Origin: a virus
Strand: one strand, 5' to 3'
DNA: 64,000 nt
Virus record (IMG/VR): IMGVR_UViG_3300040816_000831
Positions 47,637-56,272 of this stretch are shown one piece after another. The notes under the pieces are model-generated. The model was not told where the DNA came from. It worked only from the letters and a program-made list of their open reading frames with translations, and ran no database searches. The position numbers and the translations under genes are program-made. Each line of letters begins with the position of its first letter. Within the stretch, counting starts at the first letter, position 1.

Positions 47637-48556
47637 TCACCACATTGCAGCGCTGCATTGTGTTTATTAAATTTACTTAAGCGCGTAAGTCCCATATTAA
47701 ACATCATATTTGCTACGATTTGTTTTACCTCTTCAGGATAACCGTCCCAACCATCATGTAATTTTTTACAATCATGTATTACATTTTGTAAATCTTGTAA
47801 AAAACATTCGTTAACTCTATTCTCTGAGACTGTAGTACCCACCGGTAACCCATGTTCTGAGTCTGTGTCCAAGATGAGATGGCCAATACCGAATGTAGGA
47901 TAACCAAGATGGTCATTATAAATTTCATATACCACTCCTTCATCTATTTTTAACTGTTCTTTTAATTTATCTGAATCCATATTTTCTTTCCTCATTTCTT
48001 GCAAAAATTCTTTTTGCATATTATCTCTGGTAATAATATCTTTATCCTTACCTGGTATATTATATATATCCGGATTTTTTATATTAAATACTAATTTTAT
48101 AAAATCTTTTATTTCTATTGGATAGTGTAAATTTAATTTACCATATCTCCATTTATATTTATTATTAACACCTAGTAATTTAAATTCCCAAAAATAATCA
48201 TTTATTTTACGAGGTCTTTCTCTATAAATTCTATTAGATGGATTCTGTTCAAGTTTATATTTTTCAATATTACTTAAATTCATATCACCAGTTCTATTAT
48301 ATTCTTCTATTCCAGCAAATACTTTTGTATCTTTAAAAACTTGTATATCAATAGTCATACATTTTCCTACACAATATTCTTTAAAGTCTTTAACTCTTTT
48401 GCCTAAGCTATTTGTAGGTTCACCAATTAAAATAATATCAATATCTTTTGTTGCGTTAAATGGAAAATTGCTCCATAAATATATCTCGCAATCATTAAAT
48501 ACTTCTATTAAATTATAGTCTTTGACACATTGTATAAAGTTATCAATTTTTCCCAT
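47540..48556 (-). CDS. GH24 T4-type lysozyme (from ATG 47980) in frame with an upstream nucleotidyltransferase-like domain
   Basis: LKIDEGVVYEIYNDHLGYPTFGIGHL (E-D-T triad), NMMFNMG, DSRWYKQV.NRA.RL; N-terminal IYLW....T.DIDIIL..IDI. Confidence 0.88.
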   Translation of the reverse strand: MGKIDNFIQCVKDYNLIEVFNDCEIYLWSNFPFNATKDIDIILIGEPTNSLGKRVKDFKEYCVGKCMTIDIQVFKDTKVFAGIEEYNRTGDMNLSNIEKYKLEQNPSNRIYRERPRKINDYFWEFKLLGVNNKYKWRYGKLNLHYPIEIKDFIKLVFNIKNPDIYNIPGKDKDIITRDNMQKEFLQEMRKENMDSDKLKEQLKIDEGVVYEIYNDHLGYPTFGIGHLILDTDSEHGLPVGTTVSENRVNECFLQDLQNVIHDCKKLHDGWDGYPEEVKQIVANMMFNMGLTRLSKFNKHNAALQCGDWKEAAKEGRDSRWYKQVTNRAERLMKRLEEI

Positions 48557-48559
48557 ACA

Positions 48560-49462
48560 TTATGTTGTAGCAGCTCTAAAGGTATCTGCAACTAGTACTT
48601 CACCGGTAGCTCCTACTTTATTATATATCGTTAAAACTTCTGTGCCATTTGCTCTTATTTGCCAATAGATGCTTGCATTTGATTGCTGAGCTCCTATACG
48701 TGCATTTGAATAGTAATTTGTCACACTTCCAACATCTTCTGTTGTAGCAAACATTCCAATAGAACAACTACCAGTAGTATTTCTCATTGTTTTATACCCA
48801 TAAGTTCCTGATAATGGCAATCGTACATAACCACCATCAGTTCCGGAAAGTTTTGTTTTAGATACTCCTGAAAGTGCAGAATCTCCATTACTATATATGG
48901 ATGAACCGTCCATAGCTCCGAAAGAATTGTGTGCTGCCCAAGACCTACCAGCAAATGATGAACTTGTAAAACCACTGCCACCACCACTATAAGCATGAGC
49001 TAAATTTGTATATACCATTCTTGCTTCTAAGGATGTTATTGTACCATTATAACTTATAGTATTTTCATTTGTTGTAAGTGTAATATCATTACTGTTACCT
49101 TCATCATCAAAACTTCTATCTGCATCATTTACAAATTTCCATTTTAAAGTTTTAGCTGATGTATCTAGAGTCATAACTAATACAGTACATGCTGTAACAT
49201 CACTTCCAGAATCATCTTGTGCGGATATATCCATAATGTTAGTTTCATTTGTAGTAATACTGCCTGGTGCAGATGGAGGCCAAAAACTGTCTATATAGCC
49301 ACGAAACTCACCCATTCCATGAGGAGCAGTACCGTCAACAGTAGATGTTCCACCTCCTGGAATTGCATTAGTTGAGAGCGTGGTAAGGGAATGACTATTA
49401 ACACTAGCAACTTCTGTATTAATAGCTGCCATGCTTACATTTGTTTGTGGTATTTGAGGCAT
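48560..49462 (-). CDS. Putative fibre-tip adhesin / virion protein
   Basis: N-terminal VSM..IN.E...SL..LS...DG.APH.M.EF.GY module followed by G/S/T-rich beta region. Confidence 0.6.
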   Translation of the reverse strand: MPQIPQTNVSMAAINTEVASVNSHSLTTLSTNAIPGGGTSTVDGTAPHGMGEFRGYIDSFWPPSAPGSITTNETNIMDISAQDDSGSDVTACTVLVMTLDTSAKTLKWKFVNDADRSFDDEGNSNDITLTTNENTISYNGTITSLEARMVYTNLAHAYSGGGSGFTSSSFAGRSWAAHNSFGAMDGSSIYSNGDSALSGVSKTKLSGTDGGYVRLPLSGTYGYKTMRNTTGSCSIGMFATTEDVGSVTNYYSNARIGAQQSNASIYWQIRANGTEVLTIYNKVGATGEVLVADTFRAATT

Positions 49463-49728
49463 TATTTAACTATTCCTGATATTAAATCTTCAAAGGCTTC
49501 TACTTTTTCTGTCCTATTTGGCCAGTAAATATAATCCTTTTCTGGGTTTGCTTTTAAATTTGATAAGAGAGGCAATATAGCATTATAGAGCTTATTAAGT
49601 TTTTCTTCATTTATTTCTGCAGATGCTGCAACTGTTGAAGCTTCTGTTGATAATTTCTGTACAGCTTCTAATTCGTTTTCATCAACAGCTGTAAATCCAA
49701 AATCGAATTTATCGATATCTATGCTCAT
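49462..49728 (-). CDS. Hypothetical late protein
   Basis: FDFGFTAVDE.EL, PLL.NL..NPEKDYIYWPNR; late promoter at 49750-49757. Confidence 0.8.
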   Translation of the reverse strand: MSIDIDKFDFGFTAVDENELEAVQKLSTEASTVAASAEINEEKLNKLYNAILPLLSNLKANPEKDYIYWPNRTEKVEAFEDLISGIVK

Positions 49729-49931
49729 AGTTGTTCCTCTATATTATTATATTTATAATCTCTAGGTAGCTCTTTAGTTTTATCTTTATGTATTTGTGTA
49801 CTACCATGACTAGGAGTTTTCTTTCTTACTTTTGATTTACCAAATATCTTTTCCCAATTGTCAGCATACAGTTCTTCGTTTGAGTTTCTTCTTTTAGAAC
49901 CTTTTCCGCCATGCCATTGTTTATTATCCAT
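49725..49931 (-). CDS. Small basic hypothetical protein
   Basis: WHGGKGSKRR....Y..NWE.IF motif. Confidence 0.7.
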   Translation of the reverse strand: MDNKQWHGGKGSKRRNSNEELYADNWEKIFGKSKVRKKTPSHGSTQIHKDKTKELPRDYKYNNIEEQL

Positions 49932-50073
49932 AATAAAAATATAATGCTCCAATTATTAATACAATCGCTAAAACAGTACTTATAATTCTTTTTCTAAATA
50001 AGCTTTTTTGTTTCTTTCTCCATGCATCTAAATTAAGGACTTCCTTAATTCGCTGTAAATTATTCGAAGACAA
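49924..50073 (-). CDS. 49-aa C-terminal-TM protein (not in ORF track)
   Basis: TTG start after GAGGTGGAG; ...KRIISTVLAIVLIIGALYFYYG. Confidence 0.55.
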   Translation of the reverse strand: MSSNNLQRIKEVLNLDAWRKKQKSLFRKRIISTVLAIVLIIGALYFYYG

Positions 50074-50254
50074 CTCCACCTCTCCTCACTAATTCATTTT
50101 TAATTTTTTGTTTATCCTTTGGTTTAGTATTTGACGCATTATATTTTTCAATTAAATCCGTTTTACTAAATCCTTTAATATAAGGATGAACTGTTGTAGC
50201 TTTTTTAGTAGCTCTATCTATTGTCGTATGCGACTTTCCTAATTTTATTGGCAT
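50060..50254 (-). CDS. Small basic hypothetical protein
   Basis: AGGAG RBS; K.KQKI.NELV.RG motif. Confidence 0.7.
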   Translation of the reverse strand: MPIKLGKSHTTIDRATKKATTVHPYIKGFSKTDLIEKYNASNTKPKDKQKIKNELVRRGGVVFE

Positions 50255-50263
50255 AATATACTC

Positions 50264-50869
50264 CTATTTTATTCTTTTAACGCTTCCTTTTAAGTTAGCA
50301 AGATACGCAAACATATCTACTTCAGGAAACTCTCTTTTCAAATCAAGTAAAGCTTTTAAATTTTCTTTGTGGTCATCAAAGAGTCTTATTCTACTGTACT
50401 CTCCCGTTTTTAAATACTTTCTAAATATAACTTTTTTATTTTCAGCACTTGAGCCGCTCATATTACCAGCTCTTTCGATGTATACATCTTTCATTGGTAT
50501 ACCATGAGATTCGAATGTCTTAACAAAAAGCTTTTTATCGTCCATGTTAGCTCTTGCTGTGACGATAATAACCTTTGAACCTTTAGCAGTCGCATTACGT
50601 ATAATTGCCTTTGCTTTTTCTACCATTCGACCTATAGGAGTAGCAGTTTGATAAAACAGCTTTGCTGATTTAAACTCTCCATAGTCATACTCTTCATGCT
50701 TTCTTAGTTTATAACTATTAAACTCCATAGGAGTCAAAGCTTTTGTTTTTCCAGTATTTGTATTTACTACGATTACACGAGCCTTTGACACAAATAAAGT
50801 GTCATCTATATCAAATATAGTCAATCCTTTACCTGCTTTTTCTGCTAAAAACTCGTTAAACTTTTTCAT
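50264..50869 (-). CDS. HAD-family phosphatase-like protein with putative capsid-targeting N-terminus
   Basis: IFDIDDTLF, IVTAR, LFDD..ENL; starts MKKFNEFLAE. Confidence 0.8.
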   Translation of the reverse strand: MKKFNEFLAEKAGKGLTIFDIDDTLFVSKARVIVVNTNTGKTKALTPMEFNSYKLRKHEEYDYGEFKSAKLFYQTATPIGRMVEKAKAIIRNATAKGSKVIIVTARANMDDKKLFVKTFESHGIPMKDVYIERAGNMSGSSAENKKVIFRKYLKTGEYSRIRLFDDHKENLKALLDLKREFPEVDMFAYLANLKGSVKRIK

Positions 50870-50875
50870 AGATAT

Positions 50876-50916
50876 ATTATACCACACTTTTTATTAAATG
50901 TAAATATCTATTTATA
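50876..50916 (-). promoter_or_regulatory. Tandem sigma70-like and late promoters
   Basis: TTTACA-17-TATAAT (50876-50904) plus TATAAATA (50909-50916). Confidence 0.75.
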
Positions 50917-50922
50917 AGATTT

Positions 50923-51120
50923 TTACTTGCAGTAAGTCTTTATTGCCTCAATTTTATCATGTGCGTCAGCTATCTTTTCAACTTCTTTTTCAATAGTTTC
51001 TACTATATCGATATGTTCACCAATACCTACTGGATTCCGTTGATAGACTAATATATTAGCATGTGCTACTACAATCTCGCCTTCTAGCTTTTTAATTAAA
51101 GCTTCTAATAGATAATTCAT
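50923..51120 (-). CDS. Hypothetical protein
   Basis: ANI.VY..NPVGIGEH.DI.E.I motif of marine phages. Confidence 0.75.
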   Translation of the reverse strand: MNYLLEALIKKLEGEIVVAHANILVYQRNPVGIGEHIDIVETIEKEVEKIADAHDKIEAIKTYCK

Positions 51121-51121
51121 T

Positions 51122-51796
51122 TTATCTCCCAAATAATTTTCTTCTTTTATATTCTGCTATTGTTTCCAATAACTTTTTCGTCCATCTATCTCTGTCTTCT
51201 ATAAAGACTTGTGGTCCTTCATCTCCAGCAATACAAACAACTAATTGTTTTATAGGTACACCAGTTCTTTCTTCCCACATAATAGCATAAGCTGAACATT
51301 GCATAAAGTATGAACTAATCCATTCTTTCTTTTTTAGCTTACGCGATGTTTTCCAATCTATAATTGAATCAACACCTTTCCATTGACCAACTAAATCTAC
51401 TCTTCCAGCTAAACCTAAGTGTTTAGAAAAAAGAGGAGCTTCTTGTTGATAAACCTTTGTAACACATTCATCTAAAACAGGTTGTATGTCTTTAAATGTT
51501 TGTACGTTATGTGGCATTTCTCCTTTAAGATATTCAGGGTCATTTGCTACATACTTTTCTATAATGTTATGTACTGTTGTTCCACGACTACTTGCGATAC
51601 GCGATACTCTATTTGCTTCCTCTTCGCCTACGCGTGCACGCCACGCTTGTATTGCTTCTTCTGAGAGTATTGATAATACTGTCGTAACTGATGCGTATTT
51701 ATTTCCTTCTGGGTCAGTATAAAATCTTCCTTTATCTCCCGTGACAGCTTCTAGGTCATTATAACCTAAATCAACTGCTTCATGTTTAAACTTCAT
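51122..51796 (-). CDS. PD-(D/E)xK exonuclease
   Basis: R.Y..P.G..Y.SVTTVL, RGT.VH, LAGRVD, IIDWKTS, YF.Q..AYA. Confidence 0.88.
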   Translation of the reverse strand: MKFKHEAVDLGYNDLEAVTGDKGRFYTDPEGNKYASVTTVLSILSEEAIQAWRARVGEEEANRVSRIASSRGTTVHNIIEKYVANDPEYLKGEMPHNVQTFKDIQPVLDECVTKVYQQEAPLFSKHLGLAGRVDLVGQWKGVDSIIDWKTSRKLKKKEWISSYFMQCSAYAIMWEERTGVPIKQLVVCIAGDEGPQVFIEDRDRWTKKLLETIAEYKRRKLFGR

Positions 51797-52038
51797 TTTG
51801 ATTTAATATTGCTCCTATCTTTTGGTGGCATACCAGACTTAATTCTATCTTGTACTTCTTTCCAACCACTACCAGCTCTTGTAAGTACTGATTTACCCCC
51901 ATCGTGGTCTATATTTAAAGTGGTGTAATGTGATACCACATCAGGGTTTTGTTCTAGAAATTTTACTTTATTATCATACGAAAAGAATTTTTCAAACACT
52001 TCTCCAGTTTTTTTATTTCTAAATTCATATGTTGGCAT
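51793..52038 (-). CDS. FmdB-like small protein lacking cysteines
   Basis: MPTYEF.N..TGE.FE, GW.EV..RIK. Confidence 0.7.
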   Translation of the reverse strand: MPTYEFRNKKTGEVFEKFFSYDNKVKFLEQNPDVVSHYTTLNIDHDGGKSVLTRAGSGWKEVQDRIKSGMPPKDRSNIKSK

Positions 52039-52949
52039 TATACTAACTCCTCTAATCGTTTCATTGTTGATGGTATATCATAACACAAATAATCATTAAC
52101 GTACCATATTAAAAATTGTCTACTTAATTTTTTATTAAACCAATTCATATTATCTATACATTCATTTAATTGAGTTAAGATTCTTAAATCTTTTGTTATC
52201 CAATGATAATCAGGATAACCATAAGAAATTATTGGTACATCATGCATCATACATTCAATACCTGATGTACTATTTTCTATTATTGCTACCTTTGTTTTAG
52301 GTAATATAGCATGTATTGATTCGAATTTAGAGAACACTTGATGACCAGCCTTTTGCCATTTTTCTATTTGGTCATTTAAATTAGGTACGACATGAGATGC
52401 TTTTCTAATTCTTGGATGTAATTTAATAACTAAATTATCTCTATCATTTAACTTTTCAACTACTTGACATAGCTTATCCCAATGATTACCAAATCCAAAT
52501 CCTTTTACTGTTTCATCTTCTGGCATTTGACCTAGGATTAATATGTGGTCTTTTTTAATATTAAAAGGTTCAGTCCATTTAAAGAGACCAGCATTATCCC
52601 ATTTGTTTGCTCTTCTCTCTATCATATCTTGTACATCATTCCATTCGCTATCTTGCACTTTTCTAAATTCATATTCAACTGGTTCTTCAAATGTAATACG
52701 AGAACTATTAGCATATCCTAAATCACATATTTGAAAGTGTTGACTTGTTGGAGCTGTAGGTTTAAATATAATAGAATTTTCTGGCATATCAGGTTCAGTA
52801 TCTCGAGAGGTATGATTATAGATATGTAAGTCGGGATTATCTTCTACTTTTTTATGACCTAACATATCCATCGCATGCTCTATACAATTAGCTGCATAAG
52901 CAAATTGACCTTTAAAGGTATACCTATGTTCGTATAATTTATATCGCAT
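52038..52949 (-). CDS. KpsS/KpsC-like capsule glycosyltransferase
   Basis: ILILGQMPED, VIKLHP, IIENSTSGIECMM...PII.YG.P.Y. Confidence 0.72.
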   Translation of the reverse strand: MRYKLYEHRYTFKGQFAYAANCIEHAMDMLGHKKVEDNPDLHIYNHTSRDTEPDMPENSIIFKPTAPTSQHFQICDLGYANSSRITFEEPVEYEFRKVQDSEWNDVQDMIERRANKWDNAGLFKWTEPFNIKKDHILILGQMPEDETVKGFGFGNHWDKLCQVVEKLNDRDNLVIKLHPRIRKASHVVPNLNDQIEKWQKAGHQVFSKFESIHAILPKTKVAIIENSTSGIECMMHDVPIISYGYPDYHWITKDLRILTQLNECIDNMNWFNKKLSRQFLIWYVNDYLCYDIPSTMKRLEELV

Positions 52950-53487
52950 TAAACCAACTTGGTATAGGCCTTTTAGTCCATACCATACTGAATTTTTCTT
53001 GTTTAGTATGATAGAAAGCTCTGTAAGATTTAACTGCATCTTCAAACATACATTCAGGATTAGAACCCATTGCAAGTTTGAATGGAGTCATATGTTTTAC
53101 TGGTATATTTGTAGGTACTTGTTTTAACTCTTTTCTTAGTTTAGTATCTGTTGAATGTATTTTACCATAACGAAATGTATATTCGTCGCATAGCGCAATG
53201 AAATGTTCATAGTGCCATTGATAATTAGCTTTTGATTCTCTTGTCCATACTGTTGATGGATGATTGAAATGACATGCTTTGTATAGTATATCTTCACGGT
53301 CATCATAAAGCTTCCAGTATTGAAGCATTGCGCCAGACTTAGATGGTCTACGTTCCATAGTACCATCAAGCATACGATGAACTGTTGATAGCATTTGTGC
53401 TGATTCAACAATCATTTTAACTACATGTTTATCGCATTGCTCTTGAGCTGCAAGTACTGGGTCATTGTTGAGTATAAAAATGTTCAT
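52939..53487 (-). CDS. Pyrimidine-dimer DNA glycosylase-like protein
   Basis: MNIF.L..DP..AA...CDKHVVKMI.E.AQMLST, H.NHP...W.R, EY..RYGK.H. Confidence 0.8.
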   Translation of the reverse strand: MNIFILNNDPVLAAQEQCDKHVVKMIVESAQMLSTVHRMLDGTMERRPSKSGAMLQYWKLYDDREDILYKACHFNHPSTVWTRESKANYQWHYEHFIALCDEYTFRYGKIHSTDTKLRKELKQVPTNIPVKHMTPFKLAMGSNPECMFEDAVKSYRAFYHTKQEKFSMVWTKRPIPSWFNAI

Positions 53488-53494
53488 AATATAT

Positions 53495-53523
53495 ATTATA
53501 CCACAAAACGTGGTAAATGTAAA
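53495..53523 (-). promoter_or_regulatory. Sigma70-like promoter, leaderless spacing
   Basis: TTTACA-17-TATAAT, 7 nt to ATG. Confidence 0.8.
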
Positions 53524-53526
53524 GGA

Positions 53527-53955
53527 TTATTTTAATAATAGTCCAGGGAAAGTATCATTAACTAATTTTTTAGTTATACCTTTTACTTTCATTTTTTTAT
53601 CTTTAGCCGCTATAAGTAATTCTGCTTCTTCTTCATTAAGTGATTCAAGTAAATTTAAAAACAATCCTTCTCTCTTAAGAGGTTTCATATTATTTGCTAT
53701 AGGACCTTTAAAGAAATACTTAAATTGATTATATGCTTTATTTAGTATAGTATATTCATATCCTTTAGGCGCATCATCTTTTTTATAAGACGGAGCTCCT
53801 GTTGGTAATAAAGATATTACACTATCATCATAGTTTATTCTAAGTATGTCAGTAAGACCTGGTGATTTATTAAGCTGTAAGAACTTTATTCGTTCATCAC
53901 GCTTTACGATTTTGCCTGCTTCTGCTAGGACTTCCGATATTAATTTTCTAGCCAT
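53527..53955 (-). CDS. Hypothetical protein found next to rnh in T4-like phages
   Basis: ISEVL, LP.G.P.Y, RE..F..LLE.L...EA.LL..AKDK. Confidence 0.8.
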   Translation of the reverse strand: MARKLISEVLAEAGKIVKRDERIKFLQLNKSPGLTDILRINYDDSVISLLPTGAPSYKKDDAPKGYEYTILNKAYNQFKYFFKGPIANNMKPLKREGLFLNLLESLNEEEAELLIAAKDKKMKVKGITKKLVNDTFPGLLLK

Positions 53956-54802
53956 TGTAAAATTCCTCCACGACCTCAATCAAATGATTGCATCTTTTTT
54001 TAATTAAATAGTTCAACACTCTCATGTTAGGCGTTTTTGTTTGCCCGTTAAAAGTATTTATAATGTTTTCTTGTATGTCTTCTGGTATATCAGTTAAATC
54101 GATAAGCTTTTTATTACGTTGATAGTTGCGATATATCTCATCATCCATGTGTTCTCTTAGACTATCAGCATTTTCTAACCAATTATCTATCTTTGTTTGT
54201 CTTAAAGGAGTTTGGCTTTTTTCAGATATAAATGTATCATCAGCTGAAAGAACGTTTGGTATACCATCACCACTATCTCCTCTCATTACATGATTAAACA
54301 AATAAGTTCTTGGATTTTTATCAGTGACAAATTTCTTTTGTATAGGACTATATTGTTTTACATTGTTAAACTTTTGTAGTTGTATAAAGTCTTTATCGGA
54401 TGATATAATCATTACTGGTTCAGCTTGGCCAAACTCTTGTGTTTGCATTGTAAGTGTACCAATAACATCATCAGCTTCTACGCCTTCTAAGTGTACAACT
54501 TTGTATGGCATATATTCATTTATTTCATCTCTTACTGTATGTAGAATCCTAAAGATTTCTGACCAATCTTGTCCTGAACTATCTCTGTTCTTTTTACGAG
54601 ATGCTTTATATTCTGGAAAGAATTCTTTTCTCCATGTATTCATACCATCAGCACATATAACAAGTTGTCCATATTCTTCTCTATATCTCTTGTTATACAT
54701 TCGAATACTGTTAAGTATCATATGCCTTATCATGCTTTCATCATTTAGTTTTTGCACTATTATGTTAGATAGTGCGATTTGCGAATAATCAATTAGTATC
54801 AT
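53948..54802 (-). CDS. rnh: T4-type RNase H (5'-3' exonuclease)
   Basis: MILID.SQI, WR...FP.YK..R, EADD.I, ISSDKDF.QL, GD.GDG.PN.LS. Confidence 0.95.
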   Translation of the reverse strand: MILIDYSQIALSNIIVQKLNDESMIRHMILNSIRMYNKRYREEYGQLVICADGMNTWRKEFFPEYKASRKKNRDSSGQDWSEIFRILHTVRDEINEYMPYKVVHLEGVEADDVIGTLTMQTQEFGQAEPVMIISSDKDFIQLQKFNNVKQYSPIQKKFVTDKNPRTYLFNHVMRGDSGDGIPNVLSADDTFISEKSQTPLRQTKIDNWLENADSLREHMDDEIYRNYQRNKKLIDLTDIPEDIQENIINTFNGQTKTPNMRVLNYLIKKRCNHLIEVVEEFYNG

Positions 54803-55250
54803 CTGGGTCCTCTTCCGGTGGGTCTAAATCAAAATCAGGAGTAAAGAGTATTTCTTGGTCACTACCTTCTGGTGTGAATACAAAATCAGCTAAATCATGA
54901 TTTGCTTCTTCATTTAAAAGAATCATTTCTTTTACTTTAATATAAGCATTATCGAGTGTTTGGTGTAATCCATGTGGAATGCCATAGTATCTATTAAACA
55001 TTGCATTTAACATATTAACTATAACAAACATATCTCTTGATTCTTGTACCGTTTCATCTCTAAAATTTAAGTCCATTAATCCTTCGCTTACTTGTCCTGA
55101 ATTAATAAACTCTTCCATTACTTCTAATAGAAAATGAGATGATTCGACACATTCGTTACTTAAATCGTCTAAAATTTCTGAATCTTCTTTTACTTGTATA
55201 TCTTCTTTCGTTGGAAATGGGATAATATTGTCTTTATATTTTTTCGTCAT
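54789..55250 (-). CDS. Acidic hypothetical protein
   Basis: NIIPFP N-terminus; promoter upstream. Confidence 0.75.
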   Translation of the reverse strand: MTKKYKDNIIPFPTKEDIQVKEDSEILDDLSNECVESSHFLLEVMEEFINSGQVSEGLMDLNFRDETVQESRDMFVIVNMLNAMFNRYYGIPHGLHQTLDNAYIKVKEMILLNEEANHDLADFVFTPEGSDQEILFTPDFDLDPPEEDPDDTN

Positions 55251-55257
55251 ATACTAT

Positions 55258-55286
55258 ATTATACCATACTTTTAAGCAAATGTAAA
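55258..55286 (-). promoter_or_regulatory. Sigma70-like promoter, leaderless spacing
   Basis: TTTACA-17-TATAAT, 7 nt to ATG. Confidence 0.8.
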
Positions 55287-55289
55287 GGT

Positions 55290-55727
55290 TTATTTTAAGT
55301 TTTTTACTGCATTCCCACCAATTCTACAATTGATTATTCCATTATAATAGTCTTCAGTCATCAACACTTCTCTGTCAAACTGTTCCTTAGTTTCCATATA
55401 AGCGCATTCACCTTTTGATTTACATAAATGTAGTATTTCTCTATAGAAAAAGTCTTCACCCATACTTGCAACATCATCTTGTAGATGTTTATTAGAACCA
55501 TAATAGGTACGCCAATCTGATTCGACTTTAAGTCTTTGACGTCTTTTTCTTTTTTTAGTAATAGGTAACGTTTTAGGCTTCCAAAAGAATTTTTTGCCTA
55601 TATACTTTTTATTTGTTGCTCGATTAGTAATACAATAGACAAAGCCATACCAATCTTTACCGTATCTTTCGAAAGTAAAAGGTTCATCCGGATTAAATGC
55701 AACGCCTTGATATATCCATTTATTCAT
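55290..55727 (-). CDS. GIY-YIG family endonuclease
   Basis: YGFVY.ITN..T.KKYIGKK, ESDW..YYGS, F.REIL..C, YYN. Confidence 0.85.
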   Translation of the reverse strand: MNKWIYQGVAFNPDEPFTFERYGKDWYGFVYCITNRATNKKYIGKKFFWKPKTLPITKKRKRRQRLKVESDWRTYYGSNKHLQDDVASMGEDFFYREILHLCKSKGECAYMETKEQFDREVLMTEDYYNGIINCRIGGNAVKNLK

Positions 55728-55851
55728 TAAAGTCTAACTCTTCTGCATCATCATCAGTTGGTTCACCACAATGAGGACAAAAATTAATTTTTATTTCGTC
55801 ATCTGGTTTTATGATTATGCGTGAAAAACAATATTCGCACTCTAAAATCAT
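55720..55851 (-). CDS. 43-aa zinc-ribbon protein (not in ORF track)
   Basis: MILECEYC...FCPHCGEP with acidic tail. Confidence 0.75.
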   Translation of the reverse strand: MILECEYCFSRIIIKPDDEIKINFCPHCGEPTDDDAEELDFNE

Positions 55852-56075
55852 AACTCTAAATCAACTAATTCTTTTAGTTCTGTATATCCACCTATTTTAT
55901 TGCCATCAACTATAATCTGTGGGAATGTTCTTGCACCTGGAAATGTTTCTAGCATTTCATTTCTATCAAAATCTGTTCCAAGCTGTTTATATTCGTAATC
56001 TATACCTTTTTGCTCACACATATTTTTTGCCATATCGCAATAAGGACATTGTGTTTTTCCATATATTATAATCAT
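55848..56075 (-). CDS. Glutaredoxin
   Basis: CPYC, ARTFPQI, IGGY. Confidence 0.93.
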   Translation of the reverse strand: MIIIYGKTQCPYCDMAKNMCEQKGIDYEYKQLGTDFDRNEMLETFPGARTFPQIIVDGNKIGGYTELKELVDLEL

Positions 56076-56272
56076 TTAAATATTACTCCTATTATTTTAA
56101 AGCATAATAACATAAATCCAAATACGCCTACTTGAACTACTGACATTATTGCTATTTGTTTCATTGGGTGAACGTCAACAATTTTCTCAATCCAAGATTC
56201 ATCAGGAGAGAGATTTACGATTTGTAATACTTTCTTTTCTGTTTCGGGTTTTGTGAACCAAGGTACAAACAT
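56072..56272 (-). CDS. Small membrane protein
   Basis: 66 aa with C-terminal hydrophobic helix, coupled to nrdB. Confidence 0.7.
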   Translation of the reverse strand: MFVPWFTKPETEKKVLQIVNLSPDESWIEKIVDVHPMKQIAIMSVVQVGVFGFMLLCFKIIGVIFK

